From NCBI GenBank assembly GCA_965224245.1, contig OZ245046.1, positions 4,128,001 through 4,192,000 on the forward strand: 64,000 nt of DNA, read 5' to 3'. Source of the DNA: Candidatus Eiseniibacteriota bacterium (lineage in GTDB: Bacteria; Eisenbacteria; RBG-16-71-46; CAZAMP01). The notes beneath the pieces are model-generated. The model was given only the letters and a program-made list of their open reading frames with translations. It was not told the DNA's origin and did no database searches. The position numbers and the translations under genes were made by a program. Of this stretch, positions 51,801-61,829 are shown in pieces; within the stretch, counting starts at the first letter, position 1, and each line of letters begins with the position of its first letter.

Positions 51801-52074
51801 CAACGCACACGGTGTCAAGGCAGAGCCGATCCCGAAGGTCGGCGAGGGTTCTCCGGACATCGCCGATCGAATCCGGGTCGGTGCGGTCCAGCTCGTCATC
51901 AATACCCCGCTCGGCAAGAAGAGCCACTTCGACGAGGCGGCGATCCGGCGGGCCGCGACCGAGGCGAACATCCCCTGCATCACGACGCTGTCGGGGGCCC
52001 GGGCCGCGGTGGACGGCATCGCGGCGCTGCAGGCCGGGGTGTCCGAGGTGGACTCGCTGCAGGCGCTCGTCTGA
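48844..52074 (+). CDS. carB: carbamoyl-phosphate synthase large subunit
   Basis: MPARRD...[52 protein letters not shown]-like C-terminus. Confidence 0.98.
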   Translation: MPARRDLSSILVLGSGPIVIGQACEFDYSGTQAVKALRKEGYRVILVNSNPATIMTDPELADATYIEPLTPEMVEAVIARERPDAILPTVGGQTALNLAVALDERGTLDRYGVELIGAGVESVRIAEDRDRFKAAMAEIGLRTPTSRIVRSLDDAREVLDVLGFPLILRASFTLGGSGSGIAYGLDEYLSLVQTGLALSPVRSVLVEESVLGWKEYELEVIRDRVGNGIIVCSIENFDAMGVHTGDSITVAPAQTLTDREYQHLRDDALAVLNAVGVATGGANVQFAVNPDTSDRIVIEMNPRVSRSSALASKATGYPIAKIASLLAVGYTLDELPNEITGTSSACFEPSIDYTVVKVPRWSFEKFPGTRDTLGTTMQSVGEVMAMGRTFREALQKALRGLELGLDGWHSGTGAHRRDADALRAALARPSPERLADLHEALRRGFRPEELTELTGIDAWFLDNLAYLVEVEGQLRSFTLEELPTETLRLAKREGFSDRHVAALLRANGSVPRAESVRERRERDGLRPVFRRVDTCAAEFASETPYLYSTWEDGPCEAEPTSRRKVIVLGSGPNRIGQGIEFDTCCCHAVRALRAEGIEATLVNCNPETVSTDYDISDRLYFEPLRFEEVLHIVERERPDGVIVTFGGQTPLKLATALDGAGVPLLGTPVDAIDRAEDRDRFAAVADELGIASPAYGTARTLEQAVAVAGAIGYPVMVRPSYVLGGRAMRIVYDREGLTEYFETAARVSPEHPVLIDRFLEDAVEFDVDAVSDGRRVVIGGILQHIEEAGIHSGDSFAVLPAYKVTPEELDVMRDATRRIALALGVVGLVNIQFASLDGVVYVLEVNPRASRTVPFIEKATGRALVEIATRCMLGIDLDAQGVEDRSAVTLPRVFVKGPVFPFRRFPDTDSLLGPEMKSTGEVMGVGRTFGEAFAKAQLATGCPLPLAGTVFVSVNDRDKESALPVARDLTGLGFALLATRGTAIFLNAHGVKAEPIPKVGEGSPDIADRIRVGAVQLVINTPLGKKSHFDEAAIRRAATEANIPCITTLSGARAAVDGIAALQAGVSEVDSLQALV

Positions 52075-52297
52075 GGGCCGATCGACGCGTCGCCCCTGAC
52101 CGCTGGCGGCCACGGCCCCGGGGTGCGGACGGCTGTACGCAACCACGTCCGGGCGGGCCCGTAAGTCATTTCGTGGAAATGGTCTACGGTAGGATCAGGT
52201 TCCGGTATCGGGAACGTTGTATATAAACGATGCGCGATGATAAGATCTTGTCGTTGCTATACACGAATGGACGGACACCCCCGAAGGAGTAGCACCG

Positions 52298-53011
52298 ATG
52301 AGCGCATTGCGGGCGACCATCTTCAAATCGGCGACCGCCGTTCTGGTTCTGGGTCTCGTGACCACACAGGCGGCGCAGGCCGGCTTCACGACCTATCAGT
52401 CCAATCCATGGGGTGGCGAGGAAGACCTCGACACGATCCTCGACGACCTCTACGGGCTGGACAATCTCGAGCGAGTCCACGACTACGGCACCTCGGTCAC
52501 CGACCAGATCTGGCACAACACCGGATCGGGCTCGATCGCCGCGCGCGCCAAGTTCGCGGCCCTCGACCACGACTTCGGCTTTGTGAGCGGATCCACCGGA
52601 ACCGAGTTCACCTCGCTGATGGGGCTGGGCGGCATGGGCTACATCGATGACTCGCCGGCCGCCGAGCTCTCCGTCGCGGACACCGGGGAGCACTTCCGAT
52701 TCGCGCTGAACCCGGGTCGCGACTCGATGTGGCGCTCCACTCACGCAGAGAACGCCGACACGTTCGATCACATGATCACCTGGCGCGTCGTCGGCAACGG
52801 CGGCGGGTTCGGAGACAACGTCGTCGGCGCCTACATCCTCGCGTGGGAAGACATGAGCGGGGGCGGTGACCTCGACTACCAGGATCTGATCGTAGAGGTT
52901 CGCGGCATCGAGCCCGTTCCCGAGCCGACGTCGATGGCGCTCTTCGGCCTCGGCATCCTGGGCGTGGGGGCGGCTCGACGGATTCGCCGCCGCAAGCGCC
53001 CGATCGCGTAG
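52298..53011 (+). CDS. PEP-CTERM protein with DUF4114-like segment
   Basis: Signal peptide; AWEDMSGGGDLDYQDL; VPEPTSMALFGLGILGVGAARRIRRRK. Confidence 0.92.
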   Translation: MSALRATIFKSATAVLVLGLVTTQAAQAGFTTYQSNPWGGEEDLDTILDDLYGLDNLERVHDYGTSVTDQIWHNTGSGSIAARAKFAALDHDFGFVSGSTGTEFTSLMGLGGMGYIDDSPAAELSVADTGEHFRFALNPGRDSMWRSTHAENADTFDHMITWRVVGNGGGFGDNVVGAYILAWEDMSGGGDLDYQDLIVEVRGIEPVPEPTSMALFGLGILGVGAARRIRRRKRPIA

Positions 53012-53140
53012 ACGCTTCGCTCCCAGGTGACGCCGGCGCGACGCTCCGGCCACCGACGCCTCCATTGCCGGCCTCGTCTCTCGGGACGGGGCCGGCGTTC
53101 TCATGTGGGCCGGGCCGTGCCCCGGGGGCGACGCGCCCGA

Positions 53141-53710
53141 TCAGTCCAGACCGAGAAGGTCCTTCTTGAAGCCGTCACCCGGTGCCGGGTCGGGCCCGAT
53201 GAAGCAGGCCAGGATCGCGCTCGCGAAGCTCGCGCCCTCGAACCGCCCGATCTCCTCTCCGATGGCCGTGATGTCAGTGCCGACACCCGGAACGTACGTG
53301 AGCACGTAGCGCTCGCCGTCCACGGCATCGGGCATCTGCTCGCACATGCGCTCGAAGCTCGCCCGGAGCTCGTCGCTGGCGTCCGGCGTGTTGCGCTCGA
53401 GCCCGTCCATCCAGGCCTTGTTGATCTTGGCCACGTCGATGTCACGCTCGAAGTACATGACGAGGTGCCACGGCATGTCGCCGCTCAGGATGACCTCGGC
53501 GTCGTGCGTCACTTCGGGCAGGTACAGGACCGCCAGGTACACCTTGAAGAACGCCTTCTTTCGAAGTGCCATGCCGTTGACGACAAACGTGTTGTCCCCG
53601 ATCTCGAGCTGGTCGTCGAACGTGACGCCCTTGAACTCGACACCGGTCGCCGGCGTGACCGCGATCGTGAGCGCCAGTGCCAGGGCGGCCCACGAAATGG
53701 AGAGACGCAT
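53141..53710 (-). CDS. chalcone isomerase-like family protein
   Basis: NG.ALRKK.FFKVY..VLYL and FASAILACFIGPDP....K..LLG; signal peptide; GGAGG RBS. Confidence 0.87.
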   Translation of the reverse strand: MRLSISWAALALALTIAVTPATGVEFKGVTFDDQLEIGDNTFVVNGMALRKKAFFKVYLAVLYLPEVTHDAEVILSGDMPWHLVMYFERDIDVAKINKAWMDGLERNTPDASDELRASFERMCEQMPDAVDGERYVLTYVPGVGTDITAIGEEIGRFEGASFASAILACFIGPDPAPGDGFKKDLLGLD

Positions 53711-53873
53711 GGAACCTCCTCCTGGGGCTCGTGCTTCATTCACCCGCCACGATCGAGCGGGGACCCGGATGCCTCACGACGCCCGCATTCCTCATGGAGA
53801 CAACGACTTGACTTCGACACGGGCCCGCGCATCATGCTCCCGATCCGATACCTCCAGACAGAAGGAGCCTGTC

Positions 53874-56381
53874 ATGGCGTCCCCAGGATCGAACACGAGA
53901 TTGGCGGCTCGTGCAATCGCTTCCGGCGTTTTCGCGATGACGGCGCTTGCCGCGGGCATCCGCGCGCAGGAAACCGTCACCCTCGATCAGCTGAAGTCGA
54001 GCGGCAGCCTCGTCGGGTCCGACGTCATGGTCGAAGGGTACTACCATTTCGAGACCGTGCCGCTGCTGCTGGCCGATCCGGAGCTGGCGCTGATCAACTC
54101 GCCGTTTCGCGAGAAGGACTTCGTCCGGCTCCAGGGCGAGCTCCCGCCCCGCGAGTGGCACGGGGCGCGGCTGCGGATCCCCGGTACGGCCGTGGTCGGC
54201 CCTGACACACCGCTTCCCGGAGACCTCGAGGGGCCCGGGGGCGCGCAGTCGATGGCGCTCGAGGTCCGCCGGTTCGAGCGACTCTCGGACTTCGAGCTGG
54301 CGCCGCCCGCGGAGCCGGCCGGCAGCGCGGGCCTCCCCCGCCCGGCCATCAAGTCGGCGGGCGCGAACGTGATCACCCCGAACGCGGTCGCCCTCCTGTA
54401 CTCCGGCGGGGTCAACGCCGCGAACAACCACGCGCGATACTGGAACGATCTCACGTTCATGTACCTGATGCTGCAGTCCTACGGGTACACGGACGAGAAC
54501 ATCGTCCTCAGCTACGCCGGAGGCACGGCCCCCGAAGGCGTCACGTCCGACTGGATCGACTACGACGGGACCGGGTCGGGGCTGCGCGCCGCGTTCCGCG
54601 AGCTGGGCGGTCTGATCGATCCCGAGACCGGCGTGTTCATCTTCACGACGAATCACGGCGGCGGCTTCGACCCGGGCGATCCGTCGGCCTCCAGCGGCGG
54701 CCCGTTCCGATCGCGCCTCGATTCGAACGGCGACGAGGGCACCGAGCCGCTGTACGAGCGGAGCTACGGCGTCGACTTCAACAACGACGGCGACCAGCTG
54801 GATCGGATCGCGTTCGACGAGGTGCTGTGGCTCTGGGGCGGTGCGCCCATGTACGACGAGGACTTCGCGAGCCTCGTGGACGCGCTGCCCGAGTGTGGCC
54901 GCATGACGATCCTGATGGGCCAGTCCTTCTCGGGCGGGCTCATCCGCGACCTCTCGGCACCGAATCGCGTCGTCATTTCCGCGGCGTCCCAGGTGCAGCC
55001 GTCGTGGTCGAGCCCGGACGGGCGCTTCAACGAGTTCTGCTACCACTTCACATCGGCCCTCGCGCGCCGGGACTGGGACGGAAACGTGGTCGGCGCCGAC
55101 GCCGACCTCGACGGCCGGATCTCGATGCTCGAGGCCTTCAACCACGCGGTCGGCGAAGATGCGGCCGACGAGACGCCGTACTACGACGACACCGGCGACG
55201 AGGTCTCCCATCCCGGCCCATTGCCCTCCGGTGGCGAGGGCTACCTCGGCTCGCTGACCTACGTCGATCACGCCGACCCGGTCTCGATCATCGGATCCAC
55301 GAACTGGCTCGACGACTTCGCGATCGCCGACCGAGCCGACCTGGCTGCGGGTCACTCTGCGCTCGTCCAGGGCCGATACGACGAGGCAACGCGCTATCTG
55401 ACCGCGGCCGCCGCGCAGAACCCGATGGATGCCGGCGTCTGGCGCGATCTCGCCACGGCACACGCCAGCGCGCACGCCGCGGCCGACGTGAGCGCCGAGC
55501 CGCCGTATCTGAGCACAGCCGTCGCACCCGGTCTCCAGAACGACGCCCGCTCGACCGGCCGCCACCTGGCCGATGCGACGAGCGCGATCGAGCATGCCGC
55601 CGCGCTCGACGGATCATCGGCGGCCACGTTCGCGCTGATGGGCACGATCTGGGCCATGCGGGGTGACGACGCGTCCGCCTCGGCGGCGCTGGAGCACGCC
55701 CGGTCGCTGGATGCCGCACGGCCGGAGGTCAGCAACGACCTCGGCGTCCTCGCGTTTCGCGACGGACGGCTCGCGCTGGCCGAGCAGCTCTTCGAGCGCG
55801 CCGATCGCTATGCCGGCGGGCGCGATTCGCGCTATGCGTTCAACATGGCGTTCACGAAGGTGGCGCGCTTCCCGGACCGGGACGAGGAGATCGCCCGTGA
55901 GTTCCTCGCCTCTCATCCGGGTGCCGCCTTCGCGGACTGGTTCTGGAGCGAGACGCTGAAGAGCACTCCCCCGACCTCGAACGCCGGTGCGCCCGAGAGC
56001 GCGCTCGGTGGCATCACCCTGGGCCACGACGTGGGCGACGTGATCGGCGCCGTCGGCTGGACAGAGGACATGGGCTCCACGAGCGACGGCGAGTGGGACT
56101 GGTACCACTTCACCCCCGCCGGGCTGACGCTCTTCGTGGTACAGAAAGGTGACCGCCGGGGACAGATCTGGAGCGTGCGGACCTTCGCCCCGAACACGTC
56201 GGCATCGGCGGGCGGAATCAGCGTGGGCAGCACCGTGTCGGCCATCACGTCCACGTATGGATCCCCACAGCAGACGCGCGCCTTGAACGACGAACGGCTC
56301 TACGAGTATCCGAGCCGCGGCATCACGTTCCATACCGCCGGGGACGAGGTGACCGGCGTCGAGATCTTCCCGGCGCACTGA
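53874..56381 (+). CDS. C13 (legumain-like) peptidase domain + TPR protein; catalytic Cys replaced by Ser
   Basis: SGG....NHARYWND; FIFTTNHGG; MGQSFSGG; EF.YHFTSAL; D.DGRISM.EAF; AAGGAG RBS. Confidence 0.8.
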   Translation: MASPGSNTRLAARAIASGVFAMTALAAGIRAQETVTLDQLKSSGSLVGSDVMVEGYYHFETVPLLLADPELALINSPFREKDFVRLQGELPPREWHGARLRIPGTAVVGPDTPLPGDLEGPGGAQSMALEVRRFERLSDFELAPPAEPAGSAGLPRPAIKSAGANVITPNAVALLYSGGVNAANNHARYWNDLTFMYLMLQSYGYTDENIVLSYAGGTAPEGVTSDWIDYDGTGSGLRAAFRELGGLIDPETGVFIFTTNHGGGFDPGDPSASSGGPFRSRLDSNGDEGTEPLYERSYGVDFNNDGDQLDRIAFDEVLWLWGGAPMYDEDFASLVDALPECGRMTILMGQSFSGGLIRDLSAPNRVVISAASQVQPSWSSPDGRFNEFCYHFTSALARRDWDGNVVGADADLDGRISMLEAFNHAVGEDAADETPYYDDTGDEVSHPGPLPSGGEGYLGSLTYVDHADPVSIIGSTNWLDDFAIADRADLAAGHSALVQGRYDEATRYLTAAAAQNPMDAGVWRDLATAHASAHAAADVSAEPPYLSTAVAPGLQNDARSTGRHLADATSAIEHAAALDGSSAATFALMGTIWAMRGDDASASAALEHARSLDAARPEVSNDLGVLAFRDGRLALAEQLFERADRYAGGRDSRYAFNMAFTKVARFPDRDEEIAREFLASHPGAAFADWFWSETLKSTPPTSNAGAPESALGGITLGHDVGDVIGAVGWTEDMGSTSDGEWDWYHFTPAGLTLFVVQKGDRRGQIWSVRTFAPNTSASAGGISVGSTVSAITSTYGSPQQTRALNDERLYEYPSRGITFHTAGDEVTGVEIFPAH

Positions 56382-56514
56382 GATCGAGATGACGAGTACG
56401 ACATCGCACGTCGCCGGGGCCCATCGGGCGCGCCGCGTCACGTCGCTCCCGTACGTCAGGGCCCGTTCATTCTGATCGGCGACGCGCGCCAGCGTGAGCG
56501 CCCGCGATGGCGTC

Positions 56515-57123
56515 CTACCGAGCGAGATCGGCCAGCGCCCTCGTGTCGATCGCGATCGTCTCGCCGAGTGAGACGTCGAGATCGTCGAGCCGCCCGCCCT
56601 GGAGCTCGATCACGAACTGCGCCGGCAGCCGGCTGGAGTAGCTCGGCATGCGCTCGGCGTACTCCTCCTCGGTCTCGGTGGGCCGCTTGAGCGGCTCGGC
56701 CGGCATGTGGTGCGTCGCCGTCACGCGGCCGCGCGGATCCAGGTAGATGACGTCGATGTCGACGAGGCAGTGTCCCATCCAGAACTCCTGCACCTCGGCG
56801 TACGGGAACGCGAACAGCATGCCCCCGTCGTGCGGGATCTCGGGCCGGAACATCAGCCCGCGCTGGCGGATCTCGGGCGTGGCCGCCAGCTCGAGATGGA
56901 ACGTCTGCCCGTCGATCACGACCGTCTCGATCGGAAGGACGGGCCTGGGATCCTCGGCGGCGGGCACCGGCGCGGCGGCCGGCGGTGAACCGGCCCCGTC
57001 GCGAGCGCCCGGCTCCGCGCGATCGCGGCAGCTCGTGGCCAGAAGCGGTAGGACGAGCAGCGTCGAGCACACCGCCCGTGCGGCGGTCGCGATCGCGTCC
57101 GCACGCGAACGTCCGGAGCTCAT
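56515..57123 (-). CDS. DUF192 family lipoprotein
   Basis: LELA.TPE.RQRGLMFR...GMLF.F...FWM; lipobox ATSC. Confidence 0.9.
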   Translation of the reverse strand: MSSGRSRADAIATAARAVCSTLLVLPLLATSCRDRAEPGARDGAGSPPAAAPVPAAEDPRPVLPIETVVIDGQTFHLELAATPEIRQRGLMFRPEIPHDGGMLFAFPYAEVQEFWMGHCLVDIDVIYLDPRGRVTATHHMPAEPLKRPTETEEEYAERMPSYSSRLPAQFVIELQGGRLDDLDVSLGETIAIDTRALADLAR

Positions 57124-58709
57124 CCCACCTCCTCGGGCAGCACCGTGATCGAGGCGCCGCCACGGCGCGGGTCACCGACACCCTCGGTCCGGCCGCCCGG
57201 ATCCCGCCCGACGGCGTGAACGCCACCGAAGTACAGGATGCGCGCCGGCGAGAAGCTCCGATGGGCATAGGGCTCGGCCAGCGCTCGCAGCAGGTCGGCG
57301 TCAGCGTCGACGAGCTCGGCGCAGAACGCGTCGGGCTCGACGTGAATGCGCGCGGCGCGGACCGACTCCTCGAGCGATCGGCCGAAGCCGATGCGATTGA
57401 CGGCTACCTGCAGGATGGCGGTGCGGAGCCGGTTGGAGCCCCCCGATCCGAGGACGAGCTCGGGAACGCCATCGCGAAGGAAGATCGTCGGCGACATCAT
57501 CGTGGTCAACGTCGTGCCCGGAACCAGCACGTGAAAGCCCCGCGGGTTGATGTCCTCCTCTCCGAGGAAGTTGTTCATGTGCATGCCCGTTCCCGGGATC
57601 ACCCAGCCGCAGCCCTCCCCGTTGGACACCGTCACGGCGCACGCGCCCCCGTCGGCGTCGATCACGCTGATGTGCGTCGTGCAGCCGCGTCCCTGTGGGG
57701 TCGGCGTGCCGTCCGGCATGACGCGACCGAAGCGCGCGAGCTGCGCCTCGAGGCCGCGCTCGGAGAGCACCGACTCGGCCTGGTCACGAGCGAAGTCGCC
57801 GGCCAGCTCGTGACGTCGGGCCGCGACCATCAGGAGCTGGGCGTCGACGATCGCACGCAGGTGGGCGGACCGGCCGTAGTCCTCGGGGCGAAGCGGCGCG
57901 CGTGACAGCGCCGCCAGTCCGAGAGCGATCAGCGTGCCGCCGCTGGAGTGCGGCGGCGGGGTCAGGAGCGTCCTGCCCCATGCCTCGGCTCGGAGCGGCT
58001 CCCGGACGGCCGCGTCGTCCTTGGCCAGATCCTCGCGCGTGATGAGCCCCCCCGCACTCGGTCCGAACGCCTCGATGGTGCGATCGGCGATGTCGCCCCG
58101 GTGGAAGATGGTGGGGCCATCGGCGGCCAGGTGTTCCAGCGCGTCGGCGAAGTCGGGATTGGAGATGATGTCGTCGGGACCGGCGGGATGGCCGTTCACC
58201 TCGTACAGCGCCGCGCACTCGGCCGAGAGCCGCCAGATCGGCTCCAGGATGCGGATGAACTGGGCGCCCGAGCGGCCGGCCGGAATGCCGGCACGACAGA
58301 TGCGCACGGCGGGGGCGACCACGGTCGAGAGCGGCAGGCGCCCCCAGCGTTCGTGCGCGGCGTGCAGGCCGGCCAGCCCCATGGGCACGGCCGCCGCGCC
58401 CCGGCCGACGTGGAATCGCTGCGTGGTCACGTCGAAGTCGATCGTGACCTCCCGAAAGTCCAGCTCCGGCCGCTGCTCGAGCCCGAGACCCGGCATGATG
58501 GGGACGAACTCGATCGACTCGAAGCCGCGCTCGGGGTCGCCGGCCAGCATGACCCCGCCGCCGGCCGCGCTGGCCAGGAGCGGCTCGGACTGAAACGACA
58601 CGAAGGCGGCGGCCACGGCGGCATCGGTCGCCGAGCCGCCCAGTCTCAGGATCTCCGCGCCGGCCTCCGCGGCCAGGCGGCTCCCGGCCGCGATCGTTCC
58701 GCCACGCAT
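57120..58709 (-). CDS. ggt: gamma-glutamyltransferase family protein
   Basis: GGSATDAAVAA; TTHISVID (Thr nucleophile); LGSGGSNR; GVGDPRRGG. Confidence 0.9.
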   Translation of the reverse strand: MRGGTIAAGSRLAAEAGAEILRLGGSATDAAVAAAFVSFQSEPLLASAAGGGVMLAGDPERGFESIEFVPIMPGLGLEQRPELDFREVTIDFDVTTQRFHVGRGAAAVPMGLAGLHAAHERWGRLPLSTVVAPAVRICRAGIPAGRSGAQFIRILEPIWRLSAECAALYEVNGHPAGPDDIISNPDFADALEHLAADGPTIFHRGDIADRTIEAFGPSAGGLITREDLAKDDAAVREPLRAEAWGRTLLTPPPHSSGGTLIALGLAALSRAPLRPEDYGRSAHLRAIVDAQLLMVAARRHELAGDFARDQAESVLSERGLEAQLARFGRVMPDGTPTPQGRGCTTHISVIDADGGACAVTVSNGEGCGWVIPGTGMHMNNFLGEEDINPRGFHVLVPGTTLTTMMSPTIFLRDGVPELVLGSGGSNRLRTAILQVAVNRIGFGRSLEESVRAARIHVEPDAFCAELVDADADLLRALAEPYAHRSFSPARILYFGGVHAVGRDPGGRTEGVGDPRRGGASITVLPEEVG

Positions 58710-58942
58710 GAGCGCGAACCTCCAGAATCGTGCGGGCGTCGCCGCAATCGACGACCTGCCGTCGGATACCGGATCGCGGTCGGCGACCCGGAAGAAGGGG
58801 AGGCTATCACGTCGGCCCCGGGCCCCGACATCCCGTTGCCGACGGGTGCATCCGGGTCGCCGAGCGACCATACTGACGGCATGTCGGATTCACACGTCGG
58901 TCGGGGGGCGAGCACACGCGCGTCGGCGCGAACGAGGGTCGG

Positions 58943-59428
58943 GTGATCATCCGCGACGCACTCGAGCGTGACCTCGCGGCCATCGTCGAGATCTACAACC
59001 AGGCCGTGGCCGAGCACGCGACCGCCGACACCGACCCCGTCTCGATGGCCGACCGGGAGGCGTGGCTCCGGAGTCACGACGGCCGTCATCCCGTGCTCGT
59101 GGCCGAGCGCGAGGGAGTCGTCGCGGGGTGGGCGTCGCTCAGCGCGTACCGTCCGGGTCGCGCCGCGCTCCGGCACACCGCCGAGATCAGCTACTACGTT
59201 CACACCGATCATCGACGCCGCGGCGTCGCGACCGCGCTCGTGACCGACGCGATCGCGCGGGGACCGCGGCTCGGAATCCGGACGTTCTTCGCGATTCTCC
59301 TCGAGGACAACGCGGCCAGCATCGCGCTGCTCGAGCGACTCGGTTTTCGCCGGTGGGGATACCTGCCCGGCGTCGCGGACTTCGACGGGCGCGAGGTCGG
59401 ACACGTCTACTACGGTCGGAGACTCTGA
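58943..59428 (+). CDS. GNAT acetyltransferase, YncA/Pat-like
   Basis: IRDA...DLAAIVEIYN; EISYYV; NAASIALLERLGF. Confidence 0.9.
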   Translation: MIIRDALERDLAAIVEIYNQAVAEHATADTDPVSMADREAWLRSHDGRHPVLVAEREGVVAGWASLSAYRPGRAALRHTAEISYYVHTDHRRRGVATALVTDAIARGPRLGIRTFFAILLEDNAASIALLERLGFRRWGYLPGVADFDGREVGHVYYGRRL

Positions 59429-59571
59429 TCCATCCCCCCGCCGTGCGTGCGCCCTCATCCGGTCCGTGGTCACGCGCCCCGCGTCCGTCCACGTCGCCAG
59501 AACATGCGGACGTGCTATTCTCACCTCGGCGACACCCCGCTCGCGCGAACCGTCGAATCGAGGAGCACACC

Positions 59572-60267
59572 ATGACGCCGTCCCCGCCGACTGCATCGTG
59601 CATCGCCGCTCTGTCGTTGCTGCTCGCGACATCCGCTGACGCCGGGTGGGTATCGGTTCGAGCCGACTGCAACGGCTCGACGATGACCCTCGAGATCAGC
59701 GTCTCCGACCCGGGCGGGCTCCCCGAGCTCGTGGGGTTCGATCTGTACCGGTCGACGATGGGCGAGTGCACCGAGCCCTCGCGGATCACCGACGAGCCGC
59801 TCTCGCGTCCGATCGGGACGTTCGAGATGTTCGACTACACCGATCCCGACCTCCCGAACGACACTGCATACCGGTACGAGCTGGTGCCGGTCGATGCGGC
59901 ACGAGAGCGGGTCTGGGCCGCGTACGACGATGCTCACTACTCCATCTTCAAGTCGGGCTTCGTCGACATCGCCGCGTGCGGACGCGGTGCGATCGCGCAC
60001 GGCTACGTGGACACCGGATGGCCCGGATTCGGCGACTGCGAGTACACGTGCTACGAGGCGCTCGTCTTTCTGCAATCGGCCGAGCCCGGCGTTCTCGACG
60101 ACTACTACGGCACCGACACCGCGGTGCTGCTCTACGGGGACGTGGCGTGCAGCTGGGAGGGCTGTGGCATGGACGTTCTCGAGGCCGAGCCGCTCGCCTG
60201 CGAGAAGGTCGTTCCGGTCGTCGACGGGAGCTGGAGCCGCATCCGGGCCGTCTACCGATCCGAGTGA
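59572..60267 (+). CDS. Cys-rich secreted protein with C-terminal SW tag
   Basis: AGGAG RBS; signal peptide; ends VVPVVDGSWSRIRAVYRSE*. Confidence 0.78.
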   Translation: MTPSPPTASCIAALSLLLATSADAGWVSVRADCNGSTMTLEISVSDPGGLPELVGFDLYRSTMGECTEPSRITDEPLSRPIGTFEMFDYTDPDLPNDTAYRYELVPVDAARERVWAAYDDAHYSIFKSGFVDIAACGRGAIAHGYVDTGWPGFGDCEYTCYEALVFLQSAEPGVLDDYYGTDTAVLLYGDVACSWEGCGMDVLEAEPLACEKVVPVVDGSWSRIRAVYRSE

Positions 60268-60573
60268 GGGACGTCTCGGCATCCGCTCGCGGTCGGCGCC
60301 CCGGGTCGATCTCGCCTCGCCGGCGCTCGACCCATCCGCGGCGCCGGGTGCCGTGGAGGTCGACCATGGCGTCGACACCTCTGGCGTCGTGTCCGTGATC
60401 GCGGCGCGCCCGTTCACGCTCTCGCTCGCGTAACGGTCTCATTCTAAACGCCTTCCGTGCTCCGAGGGCCTGCTTCCGGCTGTTTGGCACTCCCCATGCA
60501 TTCCCCTGTGAGCACCCCGATCTCTGAGCCCGTCAGAGACGTCGCGCTTCTCGCGCGCCAGAGGAGGTCTTCG

Positions 60574-61407
60574 ATGTCCCTCAGCTACAACCTGACCACC
60601 CGTTTCGCCGTGATCATGCTGGCCACGACCCTGACCGTCTCGACGACCCTCGCCGGGGGCGATCCCGGCGACGGCGACGGCACCGACTACGGCGATGCCC
60701 CCGAGGACGCGATCGCGTACCCGTCGATCGGTGTGATCGGATCCTTCCCGACCTGCGTGGGCGGGTCGGCGAGCTACGTTCGACACGGACTCGGCTGGGC
60801 CCACTTCTACAGCACGCCCGTCGTCCCCACCCAGCCGGCCTGGGATCCCGAGCCGGACGGCAATGCCGGCGTGTGTCCACCGCCCACATACGACCGCGAC
60901 GAGTGCTTCGACGACGGCGACGCAGGACTCGTCGTTCCGGACGCGTTCACGATCGTGGGCGGCGTCGTCGCGCCGTGCCCGAACTCACTGATGCCGGTGG
61001 CGCTCGGCCGCACGTGCACGCACACGACGATCACCGCTCGCGTCAAGAACGCGATGCCGGTGACCGGCTACATCAATCTGCTCGTCGACTGGGATCGCAG
61101 CGGCACCTGGGGCGGCGCGTGGACGTGCGCCGACGGCAGCCTCGCGCCCGAGCACGCCGTCGTCGACTTCCCGATCCCGCCCGGCTTCGACGGACTCTGG
61201 ACGTCACCGCCGTTTCTCGTCGGATCCCCCGGTGACGTGTTCGCCTGGATGCGGCTCGAGATCGCGAACGTGACCGTCGGCCCGGGCTGGACCGGCGCCG
61301 GCGACTTCGAGGACGGCGAGTCCGAGGACTACCTCGTACGCATCGATCTCCGCGGTGTTCCGACGCGCGACAGCAGCTGGGGGTCGATCAAGGCCCTGTA
61401 TCGCTGA
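60574..61407 (+). CDS. GEVED-like domain secreted protein with C-terminal SW tag
   Basis: GAGGAGG RBS; DYGDAP; INLLVDWD..G.W; GESEDY; ends GVPTRDSSWGSIKALYR*. Confidence 0.82.
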   Translation: MSLSYNLTTRFAVIMLATTLTVSTTLAGGDPGDGDGTDYGDAPEDAIAYPSIGVIGSFPTCVGGSASYVRHGLGWAHFYSTPVVPTQPAWDPEPDGNAGVCPPPTYDRDECFDDGDAGLVVPDAFTIVGGVVAPCPNSLMPVALGRTCTHTTITARVKNAMPVTGYINLLVDWDRSGTWGGAWTCADGSLAPEHAVVDFPIPPGFDGLWTSPPFLVGSPGDVFAWMRLEIANVTVGPGWTGAGDFEDGESEDYLVRIDLRGVPTRDSSWGSIKALYR

Positions 61408-61433
61408 GCGCGACGACCCCACCGCCACGCGTG

Positions 61434-61474
61434 GACGGGCCGGAGCCGGGCCCCGATCCGGCTCCCGGTCCGTC
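61434..61474. terminator. long stem-loop after the GEVED-like gene
   Basis: GACGGGCCGGAGCCGG...CCGGCTCCCGGTCCGTC, about 16 bp with one bulge; no U-tract. Confidence 0.35.
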
Positions 61475-61829
61475 GGTTCGATGGGCTGGCGTCAGAGTCC
61501 CGTCGTCACGCGACGTTCGTGAGCCGGGGCCTGATAGTCGGTAAGCTTCCCCACAGCATCGAATTGCGCGCCCTCAGAGGGCACGTCGGCCGGCTCGAGA
61601 CCACGCGTCGGTGCCTCGGTGTGCGGAGCCGCTCTCGTCACCCGTTCCCCCGCTGCACAGCGCGAACCGCGCGGACCACCGGTCCCAACAGAACGCGAGA
61701 TCGCATACACACGTGATCGTTTCGTGACGAATGGCTGGCCGCCACGCTCTATCATTCCTGGACACCGATGCCGAACGGCATCGGTGCAACGGCCGGCAAT
61801 CCCAACCCGGAACTCATGGAGCGAGCCCC

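Noticed and set aside
48715-52146. 1143-aa antisense ORF, and similar long shadow ORFs (30339-32684, 37996-39903, 42332-44347, 45134-47143, 53832-55595, 10489-12138)
   Set aside because: They mirror well-supported genes on the other strand, have no recognisable motifs, and are expected from stop-codon scarcity at high GC.
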